This document shows positions 60,163 to 64,000 of a DNA stretch of 64,000 bases, in pieces. Each line of letters starts with the position of its first letter. Position 1 is the first letter of the stretch. A model generated the notes under the pieces. It worked only from the letters and a program-made list of their open reading frames with translations. It did not search any database and was not told where the DNA came from. Origin of the DNA: an uncultured bacterium (lineage in GTDB: Bacteria > Hinthialibacterota > Hinthialibacteria > Hinthialibacterales > Hinthialibacteraceae); contig CAZFER010000016.1 in NCBI GenBank assembly GCA_964517495.1, positions 31,564-95,563 of the forward strand. The letters are read 5' to 3'. Both the position numbers and the translations under genes were made by a program.

Positions 60163-61508
60163 TAAAGTTCCCAGTTCCCCACCGAGGTAATGGCATCATT
60201 AAAGAAGGTGTAAACCTGGCCATTATATGCATTGGCCGCTCCACCCACATCGTTGATGGAACAAAGCACCGCAATATCCGTATCTCCATCATCATCAAAA
60301 TCATCCTTCACCGCATATCGCGGTTCTTCTTGCAATTCATGGGAACTGATCTCAGTAAAATTGCCAAATCCATCATTTTCATAGATACGTAACGTTGGAA
60401 CCTGAAGATTTCCATCAGGTGTCTCCACAATCTCCTGAACGGTGACCGCAAAATCATCATCCCCATCCATATCGTAATCCTCGGCAAGTACAAAAAATGC
60501 AACACCAGGTGTGGGAATTATTTTTGAGCGGGAAAAACGGGTTCCATTAAATTGATACGTGGCAACGAATGCATTTTCCCCCGAAAAAGAGACAAAATCC
60601 ATATCACCCACTATCGCGACGATAATATCCGTCTCCCCATCACCATCAAAATCCCCCGTATCGATCGACCAGGGCTTATTTTCCAACAAGATAAACTTGC
60701 TCTCGTCATATTCCACACCGGATGATGTTCCTTTAAAGTAATCAATTTTGGGATCTTCTATAACCAATTCACCTGAGAAACCACTTAAACCAAGGGTACC
60801 TTGATCAATTCCCACCACATCTTTTAAGCCATCATCATCAAAGTCAGAATAAACAAAATGAACAATACTACCCACAATCGTTTGAGAACTAAGGCCAACA
60901 AATTCTCGATTTCCCAAATTCAAATAAGGATAAATCCCCCCATCTGTCTGGCCGATAAAATCAGGGCGTAACACCAAATTCCCATTGTTTCCGACCAGGA
61001 TATCATTGACGCCGTTGTTGTTGATATCCGCGACTTTCACCCATGATGGCACACCCCAAATCCCAAAGGCTTTTTGCTCAAGGCTTCCATCTTCATTAAA
61101 GAAGATGGTGATGATTTCCGCGCCATCATAAGGAACTTCAGATGAATCACCAACTTTTTGAATATGAGCCAGGACAATATCATTCCGCCCATCATCATCC
61201 AGATCACCGATATCCACAGCAACGGGGTGTTTTTTCTCTTGTTCCAATTGAATCTCTTCAAACTGGCCAAAGCGTCCGCTGCCATCATTATAGGCCACCG
61301 AAACGGAATGGCTGAACATATTGGCAACTGCCAAATCGGGATGGCCATCACCATTCAAATCCCCCGAAGCAATGGTTGAGCCTCGAAGCCCCACACCAAA
61401 TATCTGGCCAAAATTCATCTTGATTTCAGCAAATCCTGCATCAACAAATAAGCCGGCAAAACATACAAGTAATCCAATACGTTTAAGAAAAGATTTGTAC
61501 CAAACCAT
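60159..61508 (-). CDS. Secreted FG-GAP/VCBS repeat beta-propeller protein
   Basis: Repeated GDLNGDGHPDLAVAN, GDLDDDGRNDIV, GDFDGDGETDII; GGAGGG RBS before ATG 61508. Confidence 0.85.
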   Translation of the reverse strand: MVWYKSFLKRIGLLVCFAGLFVDAGFAEIKMNFGQIFGVGLRGSTIASGDLNGDGHPDLAVANMFSHSVSVAYNDGSGRFGQFEEIQLEQEKKHPVAVDIGDLDDDGRNDIVLAHIQKVGDSSEVPYDGAEIITIFFNEDGSLEQKAFGIWGVPSWVKVADINNNGVNDILVGNNGNLVLRPDFIGQTDGGIYPYLNLGNREFVGLSSQTIVGSIVHFVYSDFDDDGLKDVVGIDQGTLGLSGFSGELVIEDPKIDYFKGTSSGVEYDESKFILLENKPWSIDTGDFDGDGETDIIVAIVGDMDFVSFSGENAFVATYQFNGTRFSRSKIIPTPGVAFFVLAEDYDMDGDDDFAVTVQEIVETPDGNLQVPTLRIYENDGFGNFTEISSHELQEEPRYAVKDDFDDDGDTDIAVLCSINDVGGAANAYNGQVYTFFNDAITSVGNWELY

Positions 61509-61713
61509 AATAGTCATCCCTCCACGGATGTTTTCTTGTTTTTTTATCATAATATTAATTTCAATTAACAATTTAGTGATTTTGTCACAAATTGTCACTA
61601 ACAATTTTTTGCCGTTTATTTCATGATACACTATATTTAGAAACACAAGATAAACATCATAGGGAATTCACGCATGGCATTCACTCTAAAATAATGAGAT
61701 TGAGTAACTGATA

Positions 61714-62310
61714 ATGAAATCAATAATGAGTGGAAAACACAGAAACTCAAAGCTGTCCGCATTCACCCTGATTGAACTGCTGGTGGTGGTAGCCATTATC
61801 GGAATATTGGTTCTCATCGTCGTGCCCAATTTCCTCAATGCCATGATACGTTCCAAAGTTGCCCGTAGCCAGGCGGATATCAAATCTGTCTCCAATGCTC
61901 TAATGATGTACCGTACCGATCATAATGCCCTGCCGCCTCTAAAAATTGGAGGTGGCAGCACCATCATGCTCAAACCCATCCATGTCACATTGCTCACTCC
62001 TCTCACCACACCAACTTCGTATATGAGTGCGGGCTCGGCCCGAAGTCCGTTTTCCGATTATCATGGCTATTGGTATTACGGCCGCGAGTACTTTGTTCAA
62101 AGCGTCGGCAATGGAAGTGATATTTATCGCGATTTCTATTGGAACGATCCCACCAAACCAGAACGAGCCGAATGGATGATTTCCACTCTAGGCCCCAACA
62201 CCAAGCAATGGGGCTATGAAGTTATCAATGAAAATGAAGTCCTCTTTTACGATTACAGTCCCACTAACGGCCTTACCAGCCGAGGCATCATCCAGCAACA
62301 TGGTATGTAA
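61714..62310 (+). CDS. Prepilin-type N-terminal cleavage/methylation protein
   Basis: SA|FTLIELLVVVAIIGILVLIVVPNF; paralogue of 36187-36810. Confidence 0.88.
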   Translation: MKSIMSGKHRNSKLSAFTLIELLVVVAIIGILVLIVVPNFLNAMIRSKVARSQADIKSVSNALMMYRTDHNALPPLKIGGGSTIMLKPIHVTLLTPLTTPTSYMSAGSARSPFSDYHGYWYYGREYFVQSVGNGSDIYRDFYWNDPTKPERAEWMISTLGPNTKQWGYEVINENEVLFYDYSPTNGLTSRGIIQQHGM

Positions 62311-62354
62311 ATCCTGCTGGTATTGCTTTTATCGCAAGAACGGTACTATATTAA

Positions 62355-63065
62355 TTACTCCGTAGGCAAATACCGGGATTGATTCCTTTCAAACTCTTCA
62401 ACCGCCCGGTTTAAATCATCCGGCGTTCCCATATCCAGCCATCGCCCATTAAAGGGATAAACATTCACAGGCTCATTGGCTTCCAGCAACTTAAACATAA
62501 GTTGATCAAAACCAAGGGGTTGATCATATGGAATGTATTCAAGGATCCGTGGATCAAATATATAAATACCCATGCTAACATCATAATCAAACTCAGGTTT
62601 TTCATGAAAACCCTGCAGGCGATGATTGCCATCATATTCCAAAACCCCAAGCGATATTTGAACATGCCGCTTGCATGTCGCAATCGTGGCAATCGTCCCA
62701 CTCTCCACATGGTTTTGATATAAAGCTTCAAAATCCAGATCTGATAACAAATCGCCATTCATCACCAAAAAGGGTTCATCCAAATTTTTTATCTTCGATA
62801 AAGGGCCTATCGTATTCAACGGCTTATCTTCTTGCGAATAATCAATACTCACACCCCATTTGCTTCCATCCCCCATAACAGCCATGATCAGATCGGCATG
62901 GTAACCAACTGCACACGTTATGTTATTGAATCCTTTACCAGCCAACTGACGTACCACTATTTCCAGGATCGATTGCTCTCCAATGGGAACAAGGGGCTTG
63001 GGGATTACCAATGTATATGGATATAAACGTTTCCCCATCCCACCAGCCAAAATCACTGCTCTCAT
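62355..63065 (-). CDS. Sugar-phosphate nucleotidyltransferase
   Basis: AVILAGGMGKRL.P.T...PKPLVPIG, VMNGD, EKP, WLDMG. Confidence 0.9.
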   Translation of the reverse strand: MRAVILAGGMGKRLYPYTLVIPKPLVPIGEQSILEIVVRQLAGKGFNNITCAVGYHADLIMAVMGDGSKWGVSIDYSQEDKPLNTIGPLSKIKNLDEPFLVMNGDLLSDLDFEALYQNHVESGTIATIATCKRHVQISLGVLEYDGNHRLQGFHEKPEFDYDVSMGIYIFDPRILEYIPYDQPLGFDQLMFKLLEANEPVNVYPFNGRWLDMGTPDDLNRAVEEFERNQSRYLPTE

Positions 63066-63444
63066 TCTTCTTTTGCTCTCCCTGTTTGGAATAAGGCGCA
63101 ATTGTACTCTTTTTATCCTCCAATGGGTAGGATTTAAATCCTAAAACAACAATTTTTCATTGAAAAAAAAATCCTGAAATTTGACTCTAATCCATTCATT
63201 TTATTTAAAATACCTTAAATCCAGCAACTTTTCATATCTATTTATTGCTTACATTTTGCTTGATAAAATAAATGTTTGGAATAAAATGAAATCATGTTAT
63301 TCAGAAAATCATCTGGGTTTAATCGGCAAAAAGTGATTTTCTTTCGTATTTTCCATTGACCAAGAAGCCACTTTGAATATACTTAACTTTAGTGATCAAC
63401 TTGATATTATTTTTCCTTGATTCATATTAAAAATTTGCACCCCC

Positions 63445-63490
63445 GAGGAGGAGTCGCTTCCCCCCAACGCCGAACCGGCGACTCCTCCTC
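63445..63490. other. Perfect 13-bp GC-rich stem-loop in an AT-rich intergenic region (candidate sRNA element)
   Basis: GAGGAGGAGTCGC, 20-nt C-rich loop, GCGACTCCTCCTC. Confidence 0.45.
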
Positions 63491-63504
63491 TCCCCCCATA
63501 TTTT

Positions 63505-63536
63505 AAAAAAGCCTCTGCAATCACAGAGGCTTTTCT
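63505..63536. terminator. Bidirectional intrinsic terminator
   Basis: AAAAAAGCCTCTG-CAATCA-CAGAGGCTTTT. Confidence 0.8.
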
Positions 63537-63554
63537 CTTTTATACATCGACGCG

Positions 63555-64000
63555 TTATTCCTTAAATGACAGAATCCTCAAATCCAGGTTACCAATAAGC
63601 CGCATAATGTTCGCTTGTGAATCCAAGGAGCCTTCAGCCAACTTGATATGGGCAGCATCCATCTGGATTCGATTTAAGGTTGAATCGATTGGATACCATT
63701 CTCCATTGACATAAACCTCATTCCAGGCGTGGTAATAAAACCCATCGTCCTGATAAACAAGGCCAGCACAGATTTTTGTTGGAATACCAATCGAACGGGA
63801 GATGGCAGCCAATAAGGTCGAATGTTCATTACAATCCCCCCGCATGGAATTCAGGACTTCCAAAGCGGAAGGCATGGTGGGCCGCATTTCCTTTTTGATA
63901 GACCGGTATAACCATTCAGCGATTTGTTCTGCAGCCTCCCAGGGATTCTCCGCATTTCCCGTGATTTCCAAGGCCTTTTTCTGTATCTTTGGATGCGAGG
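63555..64000 (-). CDS. Transglutaminase-like domain protein (5' partial)
   Basis: GDCNEH, HAWNEV, WYPIDST (Cys-His-Asp triad); frame open to the window edge. Confidence 0.88.
   Translation of the reverse strand, partial: SHPKIQKKALEITGNAENPWEAAEQIAEWLYRSIKKEMRPTMPSALEVLNSMRGDCNEHSTLLAAISRSIGIPTKICAGLVYQDDGFYYHAWNEVYVNGEWYPIDSTLNRIQMDAAHIKLAEGSLDSQANIMRLIGNLDLRILSFKE

Overview
A gene-dense chromosomal window from a diderm bacterium. The gene content (Pro/Thr-rich secreted proteins, solitary prepilin-like genes, Tat-exported sugar enzymes, an outer-membrane barrel) suggests an OLB16/Hinthialibacterota- or Sumerlaeota-like lineage; this is an inference, not a search result. Housekeeping genes include leuA under a Leu T-box riboswitch, pcm, cobB, gatC, mltG, a full rpmF-plsX-fabH-fabD-fabG-acpP-fabF cluster, coaD, rsmD, a cysteine desulfurase and a DAHP synthase. 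The window also encodes glycosyltransferases and carbohydrate enzymes, a HigBA toxin-antitoxin pair and a SWIM/SNF2 pair. Three genes are decayed: a truncated vapC, a methyltransferase pseudogene and an N-terminally truncated DUF3320 helicase-nuclease. Four distinct REP-like palindrome families are present. I found no CRISPR array, rRNA, tRNA or intact transposase. The most notable observations are (1) a secreted cohesin-dockerin-cohesin-Pro/Thr-repeat protein followed directly by a PorV/FadL-like barrel, (2) an unannotated Leu-rich 50-aa ORF between the T-box and leuA, (3) an orphan basic protein with mTERF-like repeats, (4) a WecG/TagA fused to the non-catalytic half of a WcaJ-type transferase, and (5) a sigma-70 paralogue with an N-terminal CxxC behind a sigma54-like promoter.
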